The notes under the pieces are model-generated. The model saw only the letters and a list, made by a program, of their open reading frames with translations. It was not told where the DNA came from and searched no databases. 64,000 nt of DNA from Candidatus Sulfomarinibacteraceae bacterium (GTDB lineage Bacteria; Acidobacteriota; Thermoanaerobaculia; Thermoanaerobaculales; Sulfomarinibacteraceae): contig CAWAUY010000015.1 of the NCBI GenBank assembly GCA_963785275.1, positions 43,228 to 107,227 on the forward strand, read 5' to 3'. Position 1 is the stretch's first letter; the number at the start of each line of letters is the position of its first letter. The translations under genes were made by a program, and so were the position numbers. Shown in pieces: positions 46,696 to 55,358 of this stretch.

Positions 46696-46720
46696 CCGAC
46701 GCGTATTTCTTAATTTTGAA
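46682..46720 (+). terminator. Rho-independent terminator overlapping the pspC stop
   Basis: Stem ACGCGTCGGC / GCCGACGCGT. The loop CTA contains part of the TAG stop. Followed by ATTTCTTAATTTT. Confidence 0.65.
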
Positions 46721-46812
46721 TTCTCAATTTTGAATTACGGCACCTGATTTTTGTCGGGCGCGGATGCTGCGTGGGTTCAATTCAAAATTCAAAATTCAAA
46801 ATTCAAAATTTT
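46711..46812. repeat. Heptamer-armed hairpin element H1 (unit AAAATTC/GAATTTT)
   Basis: The left arm is AATTTTG AATTCTC AATTTTG AATT (46711-46737). The core is an unrelated 40 nt. The right arm is (AATTCAA)x4 (46778-46812), the reverse complement of the left. Confidence 0.85.
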
Positions 46813-46917
46813 CTGACGAACCTTTTCGCCATTCCTCCGTTGTGATGACTAGACACGGCTGCTAACTCTTTCGCCACGCGGTCGTCATAGAGACGGACAC
46901 AACAACGGAGGTGGGAT

Positions 46918-47460
46918 ATGAAACGAAGTCTGATCGCCCTGGTCGCCATCATCACTCTGATGGCAGCGCCCGCAGCGTCCGCCGATGAGTCGACCCGGTG
47001 GGTCAACGTCACGGTCACCGAGAACTCGAGCAACACCAACGTCGAGGTGCACCTGCCTCTCAACCTGGTGCTGACGGTTCTCCGCAACGTCGACGTTGAG
47101 AATTTCCACAAGGGACACGTCGATTTCGAGCTCGACGACGACATGGACATCAATTTCTCCGAGATCATGGCCGCGGTGAAGGATGCGCCGGACGGCAAGT
47201 TCGTGACCGTGACCTCGGATGAAGCTGACGTCAACGTCCACAAAAAGGCCGGCATGCTCTACGTCACCGTCAACCAGAAGGAAGACGAGATGGCCAAAGT
47301 CGAGGTCACCGTTCCGATGGAGATGATGGACGCCCTCACCTTCGGCGAAGAGAACACCCTCGACGTCGCAGCCCTCCTGGGCAGCTTTGACCAACTGCCC
47401 AACGGTGAGCTGGTCAGGGTCACATCCAACGAGGCCAACGTTCGCGTCTGGATCGAATAA
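46918..47460 (+). CDS. Secreted hypothetical protein, paralogue 1
   Basis: Signal MKRSLIALVAIITLMAAPAASA. Internal repeat KFVTVTSDEADVNVHKK / ELVRVTSNEANVRVWIE. Confidence 0.55.
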   Translation: MKRSLIALVAIITLMAAPAASADESTRWVNVTVTENSSNTNVEVHLPLNLVLTVLRNVDVENFHKGHVDFELDDDMDINFSEIMAAVKDAPDGKFVTVTSDEADVNVHKKAGMLYVTVNQKEDEMAKVEVTVPMEMMDALTFGEENTLDVAALLGSFDQLPNGELVRVTSNEANVRVWIE

Positions 47461-48032
47461 TGAAGTCTCAACGCGGTATGTCGACCCTGGGGTCGGTACT
47501 GCTCGCCGGCACTGTCGGTCTGCTGACTGCGACCCTGCTCATGGATTGGATGGTGGTCGATGTCCACGTGGTGGATGTCTCCCCCAGCGACGACCTCGAG
47601 CTTGACTCGCCGGTCCACATCAAGGTGCCCTTCCCCCTCGTAGTGGCGAGCATCGCCTCGAGTTTCGTCCCGGACGAGGCCCTCGATGAGGCCGAGATTC
47701 CGCCCGAGGTGAGGGCTCAGAAAGACCTTGTGCTCGCCTCGGTCCGCGCACTTTTGGATAGCCCTGACGCGGCACTGGTCACTGTGAAGACCGAGGACGC
47801 GGATGTCGAAATCGTCAAGGACGGCGACACGCTTCGCATCGCAGTCGACGCAGAAGACGCGGTCGTGCGCTGCAACATTCCAATCGACGGAGTTCTCGAG
47901 GCCCTCGAGAACTGGGACTGGCAGACCGTCGACCCGCAGATGATCTTCGACGTCCTGCACGCCGCGGAAAACGGAGAACTGGTGACCGTCGCCACCGAGG
48001 ATGGTGTGAGGGTCTCCGTCAAAATGTGGTAA
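47460..48032 (+). CDS. Membrane-anchored hypothetical protein, paralogue 2
   Basis: The start overlaps the upstream stop (TAATG). It has a TM anchor and the same module: ALVTVKTEDADVEIVKD / ELVTVATEDGVRVSVKMW. Confidence 0.55.
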   Translation: MKSQRGMSTLGSVLLAGTVGLLTATLLMDWMVVDVHVVDVSPSDDLELDSPVHIKVPFPLVVASIASSFVPDEALDEAEIPPEVRAQKDLVLASVRALLDSPDAALVTVKTEDADVEIVKDGDTLRIAVDAEDAVVRCNIPIDGVLEALENWDWQTVDPQMIFDVLHAAENGELVTVATEDGVRVSVKMW

Positions 48033-48292
48033 GAAAATTTCGGATTTCGAATTTCGAATTTCGGATTTATCCCCGCCTACCCGGCGGGGTTTTTCATTCA
48101 ACACGACTTGAATAATTTTGACGGCAGCCGGGACGGCCGCCCCACAAGGCACCCGTGAACTGTTTTGTGGGGCAGCCGTCCCGGCTGCCAGGAGATGCTC
48201 TATCTGGGTCAATCTGGATGATCTGTGGACAGGTCTGGGCGGGTGGGCGGCAATTCCGAATTCCGAATTCCGAAATCCGAAATCCGAAATTC
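48033..48292. repeat. Nested composite element H2
   Basis: Left heptamer array TTTCGGA/TTTCGAA at 48033-48069. Terminator-like CCCCGCC-TACCC-GGCGGGG-TTTTT at 48071-48094. Inverted pair of GGCAGCCGGGACGGC(C/T)GCCCCACAA units at 48123-48189. Right heptamer array CCGAATT/CCGAAAT at 48251-48292. Confidence 0.85.
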
Positions 48293-50202
48293 TAAACCTC
48301 CGGAGCCTCGTATGGCTCTGGTACATCCCACCCACCGAGGGCAGCAACCCGCTCGGCGAGGCGCTCCGCGGTGACGTCGCCCGGAAGGATCGCCTCCCCG
48401 ATCCGAATCTCCACCCGCGACCAGAACCGCCGGAAAGGTCGAGTCATGGCACGCCCGTCCTTGCGGCTGAAGAAACTCCCCCACAGACCCACCATGGCCA
48501 CCGGCACGACGGGAACCGGCGTTCGTTCGATGATCCGCTCGATCCCCGGTCGAAACGGCGCCAGTCGGCCATCGCGGGTGATCCCGCCTTCCGGGAAGAT
48601 GCACACCAACTCTCCTGCTTCGAGCTCGCCGGCGATCCGATCGTAAGCCTGTTGGAGGATTTCGGGTTCATCACGCCCCGACGCGATGGGAATCACCTTG
48701 GCGTCGCGAAAGAGAAACCGAATCAAGGGCAGCTTCGCAAACTCGTGGTCCATCACGAATCGCACCGGTCTCGTTGATGCCGAGGCCATAAAGAGCCAGT
48801 CAACATACGTGACGTGGTTGGCGGCGAGCACCGCGGCGCCTTCGGCCGGAATGTTGTCCGGGTGTACAACCCGCACCCGATACAGAAGGTTGGTCAAGCA
48901 CCAGGCCAGGAAGCGCAGCAAAAACTCCGGGATGACGGTGTAAATGTAGATCGCGACCGCGACGTTGAGCAGCGCCAGCGCCAGGAAGATCCCCGGGATC
49001 GAGACCCCCGCAGCCAACATGGCGACCAGCATCAGCGACGACAGGACCATCAGAAGTGCATTGAGGATGTTGTTGCCGGCAATGACGCGGGATCGTTCGG
49101 ACGCGGCGGAGCGCTGCTGGATAAAGGTCATCAGCGGGACGGTGTAAAAACCCGAAAAGACGGCAATCATGAACAGATCGAACAGGACGTGGAGCCCACC
49201 GCTGGCCTTCAAAAAACCCGCGACGGTCAGAAACGAGCCCTCCGGCGGCGCGACGAACCTCCAGCCTGAAAAGGCGAGGTCAACGGCAAAGAGGCTGATA
49301 CCGATCGAGCCCAGGGGCACCAGACCGAGCTCCAGGTGGCGTCGCGAAAAGCGTTCGCAGAGCATGGACCCGGCACCGATCCCAACGCAGAACGTGGCGA
49401 GACACAGGGTGACGACCGTCTCTCCTCCACCCAGCACGTCCTTGGAGAAATTCGGTAGCAGCGACAGAAAAGAGGCGCCGAGAAACCAGAACCACGAGAT
49501 CGCGAGGATCGAAAGGAACACCGAGTGGACGCTCCGTGCCACTCTCAGGATGTCGATCGTCGGCTTCACTGGATTGAGTTTGAAGTCGAGGTCAGGGTTG
49601 GCGGCCGGCAACTTCTTGACAAAGAGACTCGTGACGTACCCTGCAACCGCGACCACCACCACCATCAATCCGAGTCGCGACACCCACCGCTCGCCCCCCG
49701 ACACCACCAGCCCGCCGGTAATGGTCCCGATGAGAATGGCGAGAAAGGTGGCCATCGCCACCAGCGCGTTGCCACCCACCAGCGAGTCGTCATCGAGGAG
49801 CTCGGGCAGGATGGCGTATTTCGCCGGACCGAAAAAGGTGGACTGCATCCCCATGAGGAACAGCACAGTCAAAAGCAGTGCGAGGTTGTTGGTGGCAAAA
49901 CCGACACCGGCCAATGCCATGACCCCGATCTCCCAGATTTTGACCCAGCGGATCAAGCGCCATTTGGGCAGGCGGTCCGCGAGTTGCCCGGCGGTGGCCG
50001 AGAAAAGAAAAAACGGGAAAATAAAGATCCCTGCGCAGGCCACCACGATCGTCTTCGAACTCAGCCCCAAAAGGGTCATCGAACGATAGGCAACCAGAAT
50101 CACCAGTGCGTTTTTGAAGAGGTTGTCGTTGAACGCCCCCAGGAACTGAGTCCAGAACAGCGGCCAGAATCGCCGTTCGCCGAGAAGGTGCAGTTGGCTC
50201 AA
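48292..50202 (-). CDS. LplT-like MFS lysophospholipid transporter fused to PlsC-type acyltransferase
   Basis: Intact 636 aa. The N-terminus reads FWPLFWTQFLGAFNDNLFKNALVILV and has 12 TM helices. The C-terminal acyltransferase carries NHVTYVD (HX4D) and FPEGGITRDG. Confidence 0.8.
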   Translation of the reverse strand: MSQLHLLGERRFWPLFWTQFLGAFNDNLFKNALVILVAYRSMTLLGLSSKTIVVACAGIFIFPFFLFSATAGQLADRLPKWRLIRWVKIWEIGVMALAGVGFATNNLALLLTVLFLMGMQSTFFGPAKYAILPELLDDDSLVGGNALVAMATFLAILIGTITGGLVVSGGERWVSRLGLMVVVVAVAGYVTSLFVKKLPAANPDLDFKLNPVKPTIDILRVARSVHSVFLSILAISWFWFLGASFLSLLPNFSKDVLGGGETVVTLCLATFCVGIGAGSMLCERFSRRHLELGLVPLGSIGISLFAVDLAFSGWRFVAPPEGSFLTVAGFLKASGGLHVLFDLFMIAVFSGFYTVPLMTFIQQRSAASERSRVIAGNNILNALLMVLSSLMLVAMLAAGVSIPGIFLALALLNVAVAIYIYTVIPEFLLRFLAWCLTNLLYRVRVVHPDNIPAEGAAVLAANHVTYVDWLFMASASTRPVRFVMDHEFAKLPLIRFLFRDAKVIPIASGRDEPEILQQAYDRIAGELEAGELVCIFPEGGITRDGRLAPFRPGIERIIERTPVPVVPVAMVGLWGSFFSRKDGRAMTRPFRRFWSRVEIRIGEAILPGDVTAERLAERVAALGGWDVPEPYEAPEV

Positions 50203-50567
50203 TCTCCAACCTCTCTCCGTACTGGCGGGCGTGCGGTCCTCGTGGCCGTTTTCACCCCGACGAAAACGTCCGCGATTTCGATTTGTTTCAGCAACTGGCG
50301 CCTCCGTGGTGTCGGATAATATCCCAACGATGAACCGAATCCTCGTTCGGCAGCGCCGGGGAACACACTTCGGAAGCCCGAAACAGGCTCATGAGCACGT
50401 GGTGCGGTCTTCGTTGGACCCACACGCAACGGCGGAAGATCGCCATGTCACCCAAAATCATGCTGCCTTCGCCCGAGCGAACGAATACAATGCCGAAGCC
50501 ACGGGTTCGCGCGAATCAGTTGTGCCAGTCTGAATCGAAGAATCGAAGGAACCAAGGGAGCTCCAAA

Positions 50568-50762
50568 ATGAACACGAACATGGGAAGCGCTGACCGCATC
50601 ATCCGGGGCATCATCGGCGTCGCCATCCTCGCCGCCGGCTACTATTACAAGAGCTGGTTCGGACTCATCGGGCTGATTCCGCTGGGGACCGCATTTATTT
50701 CGTGTTGCCCGGCCTACCTGCCGTTCGGGTTCTCGACCCAGCGATCGCGCTCGAAGAGCTAG
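50568..50762 (+). CDS. DUF2892 (YgaP-like) small membrane protein
   Basis: MNTNMGSADRIIRGIIGVAILAAGYYY... Confidence 0.65.
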   Translation: MNTNMGSADRIIRGIIGVAILAAGYYYKSWFGLIGLIPLGTAFISCCPAYLPFGFSTQRSRSKS

Positions 50763-51847
50763 CGCCGGCGCTTCATCGCGAACATCCGTTCGTCCGCCTC
50801 GGCCAGGGCGCGTGAGATATCCGACGGCGAAGCGCACGAAGAGACGCCCCAGTCGACCCTGAGTTGTTCGTCGTATGGGAATGCTTCGGTGGACTCCTGG
50901 AGGGTGCTGATCAGCCCCGTGAATCGTCGCTTGGCGGCCTCATGGTCGGCACCGCGCAGCACCACCACGAATTCGTCGCCGCCCCAACGGGCAACAAGAT
51001 CACCCGGCCGGATCGAACCCATCAGGACATTCGCCACCAGTTGCAAAGCCTCGTCGCCGACCCCGTGTCCGTGGCGTTCGTTGATTCGCTTGAGGTTGTC
51101 GACATCGATCAGGACGACCGACACCGGCCGGTCGCCGTCCCAGCGATCAAACCACGCCCGAAGAGCCTGCCGCGTCGGACAGCCCGTGAGAGGGTCGGCT
51201 TCGGAAAGGCGAAGAAGGTGGTCGTGATCGTCCTCGAGATCCCTGAGCTGATTCCGCAGCGAGTCCACTTCGAGCCCCGTCTGGTCGAGAATCGTCGCCG
51301 CCGCGACGCCGACCATGCCGCCGAGAACCAACACCCCGACCACGCCCTCCAACCCGGACTCGAGGGACGGGCGGAGAGAAGCCGCCATCAGACCGGTCCC
51401 GGCAAGGGCCAGCAACGCGACTCCGAGACCGAAGAGCTGCCTCGAGGTGCGTTCGCTCGCCCCTTGTCCGAGCCAGATCGCCACGAACAGGAGCGCCACA
51501 CCATACAGCCCACGCCAGATGACACCGGGGAGCACGAAAGAGGCCAGACCGAGTGCAAGAGCTACCAGCAGGAGGATGCCCCCCGACCCGCGGTTCCATT
51601 CTCGCGAACCACCGGGCAGCGATCGACCGATCAACATCAGACCGGCCACGACCAGAACACCACCGAGCCCGCGCGGACCATCCGCGGCAACGGGTGTCCC
51701 GAGGCCCTGGCCGATCGCGATCAACAACCAACCGACCGGCAGACCCGGGTCGAGGCGTTGCGGCATCAAGCGCCCCAGGTGCCACAGTGCCGCACCTGCC
51801 GTCAAACCGACACCGACCACTCCCGCTTGCGACCAGGTGAGAACCAT
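50759..51847 (-). CDS. Membrane-bound GGDEF diguanylate cyclase
   Basis: Six hydrophobic helices, then DPLTGCPTRQAL...VVLIDVDNLKRINERHGHGVGDEAL...RWGGDEFVVVL. Confidence 0.85.
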   Translation of the reverse strand: MVLTWSQAGVVGVGLTAGAALWHLGRLMPQRLDPGLPVGWLLIAIGQGLGTPVAADGPRGLGGVLVVAGLMLIGRSLPGGSREWNRGSGGILLLVALALGLASFVLPGVIWRGLYGVALLFVAIWLGQGASERTSRQLFGLGVALLALAGTGLMAASLRPSLESGLEGVVGVLVLGGMVGVAAATILDQTGLEVDSLRNQLRDLEDDHDHLLRLSEADPLTGCPTRQALRAWFDRWDGDRPVSVVLIDVDNLKRINERHGHGVGDEALQLVANVLMGSIRPGDLVARWGGDEFVVVLRGADHEAAKRRFTGLISTLQESTEAFPYDEQLRVDWGVSSCASPSDISRALAEADERMFAMKRRR

Positions 51848-51882
51848 GCGGGCAATTATGGCAGATCAGGAGCTCTCCCGGG

Positions 51883-52106
51883 GCAGAGGAGCAGAGGAAC
51901 AGAGGAGCCGCGTGCGGCGGAGGTGCCATTTTTCGCATTGTGTGGCCGCGGGTGCTTTGTTGACCCGATACCCTCCGGGCACACAATGCGAAGAGTGGCT
52001 CCTCCCGGGCAGGGCGCGCTGAAGGGCGGTCCCACTCCGGCGCAGACAAAGGCGAACCGCGGCGGGCGGTCACGGTCGCTTTGCGGGGCGGCCGTCCCGG
52101 CTGCCG
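51883..52106. repeat. Composite intergenic repeat
   Basis: GCAGAGGA 8-mer x3 at 51883-51906. Long imperfect hairpin with arms TCGCATTGTGTG (51933) and CACACAATGCGA (51980), flanked by GAGGAGCC/GGCTCCTC. A GGGGCGGCCGTCCCGGCTGCC unit lies at 52085-52105. Confidence 0.8.
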
Positions 52107-52133
52107 GGCAAGACCCACCCGGATACATCGCGA

Positions 52134-52931
52134 TCAGATCACAGCGGCGAGGAACTCCAGACAGATGTCGACGATCCGCTGCGGTTGTTCGACCACCACC
52201 GCGTGGCCCGCCGCCTCGATGATTTCAAAACGCGCGCCGGCAATGGCGTCGGCGAGGTCGCGGGCACGGTCCAGCGGCACAAAGGCGTCGAGTTCGGCCG
52301 CCACCACGAGGGCCGGACAGGTGATCGCGGCCAGTTCGTCGCGGAGTCTCAGGGACTGGGCCGAGTCGAGCAAACCGACCAGCCCCTCAAACCACGCGTC
52401 GGGAAGGGCCGCGATCTGCGCCCGCCGCTGCGCACGCTCGGCAGCGTGGGCGGCAACCCACTGAGGTGAATAGACCACTGGTTCCAGGATGTCGGAGAGA
52501 ACTCCGCGATCATTGCCCTCGAGGGCGTCGACACAACCCTGCCGCCAGCGCGCCACTTCACCCGCCATTTCCTCGTCGAAACCGTCGGCCGAGGCGATGG
52601 TGATCAGCGACCGTGCACGGTCGGGGTGGCGGGCCGCAAAGAGCGTCCCGACCACGCCGCCGAACGAGGTGCCGACGACGTGCACCGTGTCGAGTTCCAG
52701 CCGATCGAGCAGGATCGCCACGTCCTCCGCGTGGTCGACGACCTCGGGCGGTGGCGCCGCCGGTGTCATCAGCTGGCCGCGGAAATCGCACCGGATGACC
52801 CTGAAACTCTTCGCCAGGGGCCGCGCCACCGCCTGCCATGAGACCGCCGTCATGGCGATACCGTTGAGCAGCAACACGGGCTCACCGGCGCCCTCGCTCT
52901 GGACGAAGAGAGGAGAGGAACCGTCGCTCAC
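52134..52931 (-). CDS. Alpha/beta hydrolase
   Basis: The GTG start overlaps the upstream stop (GTGA). PVLLLNGIAMT, HVVGTSFGG (nucleophile elbow) and EAAGHAVVVEQP. Confidence 0.75.
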   Translation of the reverse strand: MSDGSSPLFVQSEGAGEPVLLLNGIAMTAVSWQAVARPLAKSFRVIRCDFRGQLMTPAAPPPEVVDHAEDVAILLDRLELDTVHVVGTSFGGVVGTLFAARHPDRARSLITIASADGFDEEMAGEVARWRQGCVDALEGNDRGVLSDILEPVVYSPQWVAAHAAERAQRRAQIAALPDAWFEGLVGLLDSAQSLRLRDELAAITCPALVVAAELDAFVPLDRARDLADAIAGARFEIIEAAGHAVVVEQPQRIVDICLEFLAAVI

Positions 52932-53818
52932 GCCGCGCTGTCTCCGACCGGCATCTCGAAGTCCACCGATTTTGCCGCCATGAACGCCTTCAATGCCGGA
53001 AAGAAGATATCCGGCCGCTCGATATAAACCACGTGGCCGCTCTCGGGAACCAATTCGTAGCGGCTGTTGGGGAAGTACTCCGCAAGCTTCTCCTGTTGCC
53101 ACAGAGGGATCGCCCGGTCATGGGCACCGGCCAGAATCAGAGTCGGCGCTGTCACCTGCCGATAGCCTTCGACCCGCTCTTCGATGTTGGCGAAGAAGGG
53201 GTCCTGGGCCTCGGTCAGGCGAATCAGACAGTATCGGTAGTCGATGTAGCGGTCGAAGAATCGCTGCCGCATGGCCGCGAGCTGTTCGTCGGAGATGTTC
53301 TTGACGAACCGCTCGGAGAAGATCTTCTCGTACATGTAATGGGTGTAGAGCTCGAACTCACCCTTGGTGCCGCGGTAGAAGCGCAGCGAGATGTCCTGGT
53401 ACATCTGGAAGAGTTTTTCGCGGCTCGCGAGAATGCCCGAAAGGACCAGGGTGTGGAGCCGGTCGGGGTAGAGACGGGCGAACTCGAGAGCGATGAAACC
53501 GCCATAGGAGATGCCCATGGGGTGGACCTTCTCGACCCCGAGTTCGTCCATGATGAGCGCCAGGTAGCGGGCGAGCTCGTCAATGAAGTACGGCATGTCT
53601 TCTTTGGACGACTCGCCCTGGCCGAGGAAGTCATAGAGAATGACGTCGTACTCGTCAATCAAGAGGGGCAGGAAGCCGTACCAGGCCTTGGTGTGCATGG
53701 CGAGGCCGTTGAGCAGGCACACCGCCTCGCGGTCGCCCTTTCCGAAGTACTCCCACCAGACTTTCTGATCGTCGACATCCAGGTGACCACTTCGGTCGGG
53801 CTGTCAACTCTTCGCCAT
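52928..53818 (-). CDS. Alpha/beta hydrolase with in-frame TGA at codon 5
   Basis: GGAGGA RBS then ATG 53818, reading MAKS-TGA-QPDRSGHLDVDDQKVWWEYFGKGDREAVCLLNGLAMH. HPMGISYGG is the nucleophile elbow, and PESGHVVYIERP follows. The ORF track starts at GTG 53722. Confidence 0.7.
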
Positions 53819-53831
53819 TGAATCCTCCTGT

Positions 53832-53950
53832 CAGTTTTGAGTTTTGAGTTTTTAATTTTTAATTCGGAGCATGCAGCGGGGTCCCACCTCGACCTGCGGC
53901 ATGGCAGTGTGATGCGAATCGGAATTCAGAATTCAAAACTCAAAACTCAG
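53832..53950. repeat. Heptamer-armed hairpin element H3 (unit AAAACTC/GAGTTTT)
   Basis: Left arm CAGTTTTGAGTTTTGAGTTTTTAATTTTTAATTC, then a 56-nt GC-rich core, then right arm GAATTCAGAATTCAAAACTCAAAACTCAG. The thiolase stop lies inside the right arm. Confidence 0.85.
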
Positions 53951-55157
53951 TCTCACGGCTCGCCTCGAGCACGGTGCAGACGCTCGCGCAGATCGGTCCG
54001 CCGATGTTGAAGGTTGCCGCCAGCTTGGGATCCGGGACCTGCAGTTCCGCCGGCACCTTGCCCTGGAGCTGCCACGCCGACCACCCGATCATGGCGACGC
54101 CGGTGGCGCCCACCGGGTGGCCCTTGGCGATCAGACCGCCTGAGGTGTTGATGCCGCACTCTCCCTTGGCGTCGGCCTTGCCCTCGGCCCAGAACTTCGC
54201 GCCCTCCCCGTAGCCGGCCTTGCCGATGACCTCGGTGCCGATGGCGGCCATGACCGTAAAGCAATCGTGGATCTCCGCCACGTTGACGTCGGCAGGGCTC
54301 GCGCCCGCGAGTTCATAGGCGGCATTCATGGCGGCAAAGGCGCCGGCAGGTTTCAAAATGTCGCGACCGGCCTTCAGGAGCGGATCGGTGGCCTGGCCCC
54401 ACCCTGCGATCTCTACGCAATCGGCTTTGGCGATGCCCAGCTTGGTTAGCCCCTCTTCAGTCGCCACCAGCAGTCCCGCGTAGCCGTCGGTGATCTGCGA
54501 ACAGTCATAGGTCTTGAGCGGCAGGCCTTCGACAATGTACCGATTGCGGCCCTCGGCCGTCGCGGCCTCGTCCAGCGACACCTGGATCTTCTGCATCTGG
54601 GCATAGGGGTTGTGGTTGCCGTTGCCGTACTCGCGCGAGGAGATCTCGGCGAATTCGCGCTCGGTGGTGCCGTGGGCCGCCATGTAGTCGCGCATGACCT
54701 CGGCAAACAGGTGGGGAAAGATATAGACCTTGCCCTCGCGCTCGTCCGGGTGCGAGAAGTAGCCGAGGACCTCACCGATCAGGGCGCCGTCCATCTTGCC
54801 TTCGTCGTTCCGCATCTTCTCGAAGCCCACCGCGAGGCCGACGTCGCCGAGCCCCATCTGGAGCTTGCCGATCACGCTCAGAACCGACTGACCGCCGCTG
54901 GCGCAAGCGTTTTCCACCGCCTCGATGGGTTTGGCGCCGAGACCCGGCACCATGGCCACCAAACCTGCCAGCAGTCCCTGGTGGTTGAGAGAGAAGTTGC
55001 AGGTGGCGCCGACCGAAGCAACGTCGATGGTCGCAGGGTCCGCGCCGATCTCGGCACAGGTCTCGGTCACGGTGTTGGCGATGATCTCCGGCACCGTCAT
55101 GTCGAAGAGCTTGCCGAACTTGGATTGATGATACGCAGCGATGTAGATTTTCTTCAC
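53940..55157 (-). CDS. SCP-x-type thiolase-like protein
   Basis: GGGAGG RBS before GTG 55157. VENACASGGQSVL (Cys), EIHDCFTV and GGLIAKGHPVGATGV. The N-terminal 23 aa of the ORF-track model are translated repeat DNA. Confidence 0.8.
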   Translation of the reverse strand: MKKIYIAAYHQSKFGKLFDMTVPEIIANTVTETCAEIGADPATIDVASVGATCNFSLNHQGLLAGLVAMVPGLGAKPIEAVENACASGGQSVLSVIGKLQMGLGDVGLAVGFEKMRNDEGKMDGALIGEVLGYFSHPDEREGKVYIFPHLFAEVMRDYMAAHGTTEREFAEISSREYGNGNHNPYAQMQKIQVSLDEAATAEGRNRYIVEGLPLKTYDCSQITDGYAGLLVATEEGLTKLGIAKADCVEIAGWGQATDPLLKAGRDILKPAGAFAAMNAAYELAGASPADVNVAEIHDCFTVMAAIGTEVIGKAGYGEGAKFWAEGKADAKGECGINTSGGLIAKGHPVGATGVAMIGWSAWQLQGKVPAELQVPDPKLAATFNIGGPICASVCTVLEASRETEF

Positions 55158-55174
55158 GTGACCTCCCAGGTTTT

Positions 55175-55358
55175 CAATTTCGGATTTCGGATTTCGGATT
55201 TCGGATTTTCGGACGACTTTCCGCACACCCTGAACTCACCAGGGCCGCCAGCTTTTCTGAACTCCGAATTCCGAATTTTTGCCCTGCTTTCTCGGGCGAT
55301 GCGCAGCACGAATGGGAAACGGGCAATTTCGAAATTCGAAATCCGAAATCCGAAATAC
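55175..55358. repeat. Heptamer-armed element H4 (unit CCGAAAT/ATTTCGG), three arrays
   Basis: Left array (ATTTCGG)x4-5 at 55175-55213. Short internal CCGAATT x2 at 55262-55280. Right array TTTCGAAATTCGAAATCCGAAATCCGAAAT at 55324-55358. Confidence 0.85.

Noticed and set aside
53804-53806. Selenocysteine or other recoding of the in-frame TGA
   Set aside because: It is at codon 5 of an alpha/beta hydrolase, not a redox-active site. I saw no SECIS-like hairpin immediately downstream and no sel genes in the window. A point lesion or error is simpler.
55175-55358. CsrA/RsmA-titrating RNA (GGA every 7 nt in the ATTTCGG arrays)
   Set aside because: The sister elements built from AAAATTC and AAAACTC units have the same architecture and contain no GGA motifs. 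GGA content is therefore incidental to one unit type.
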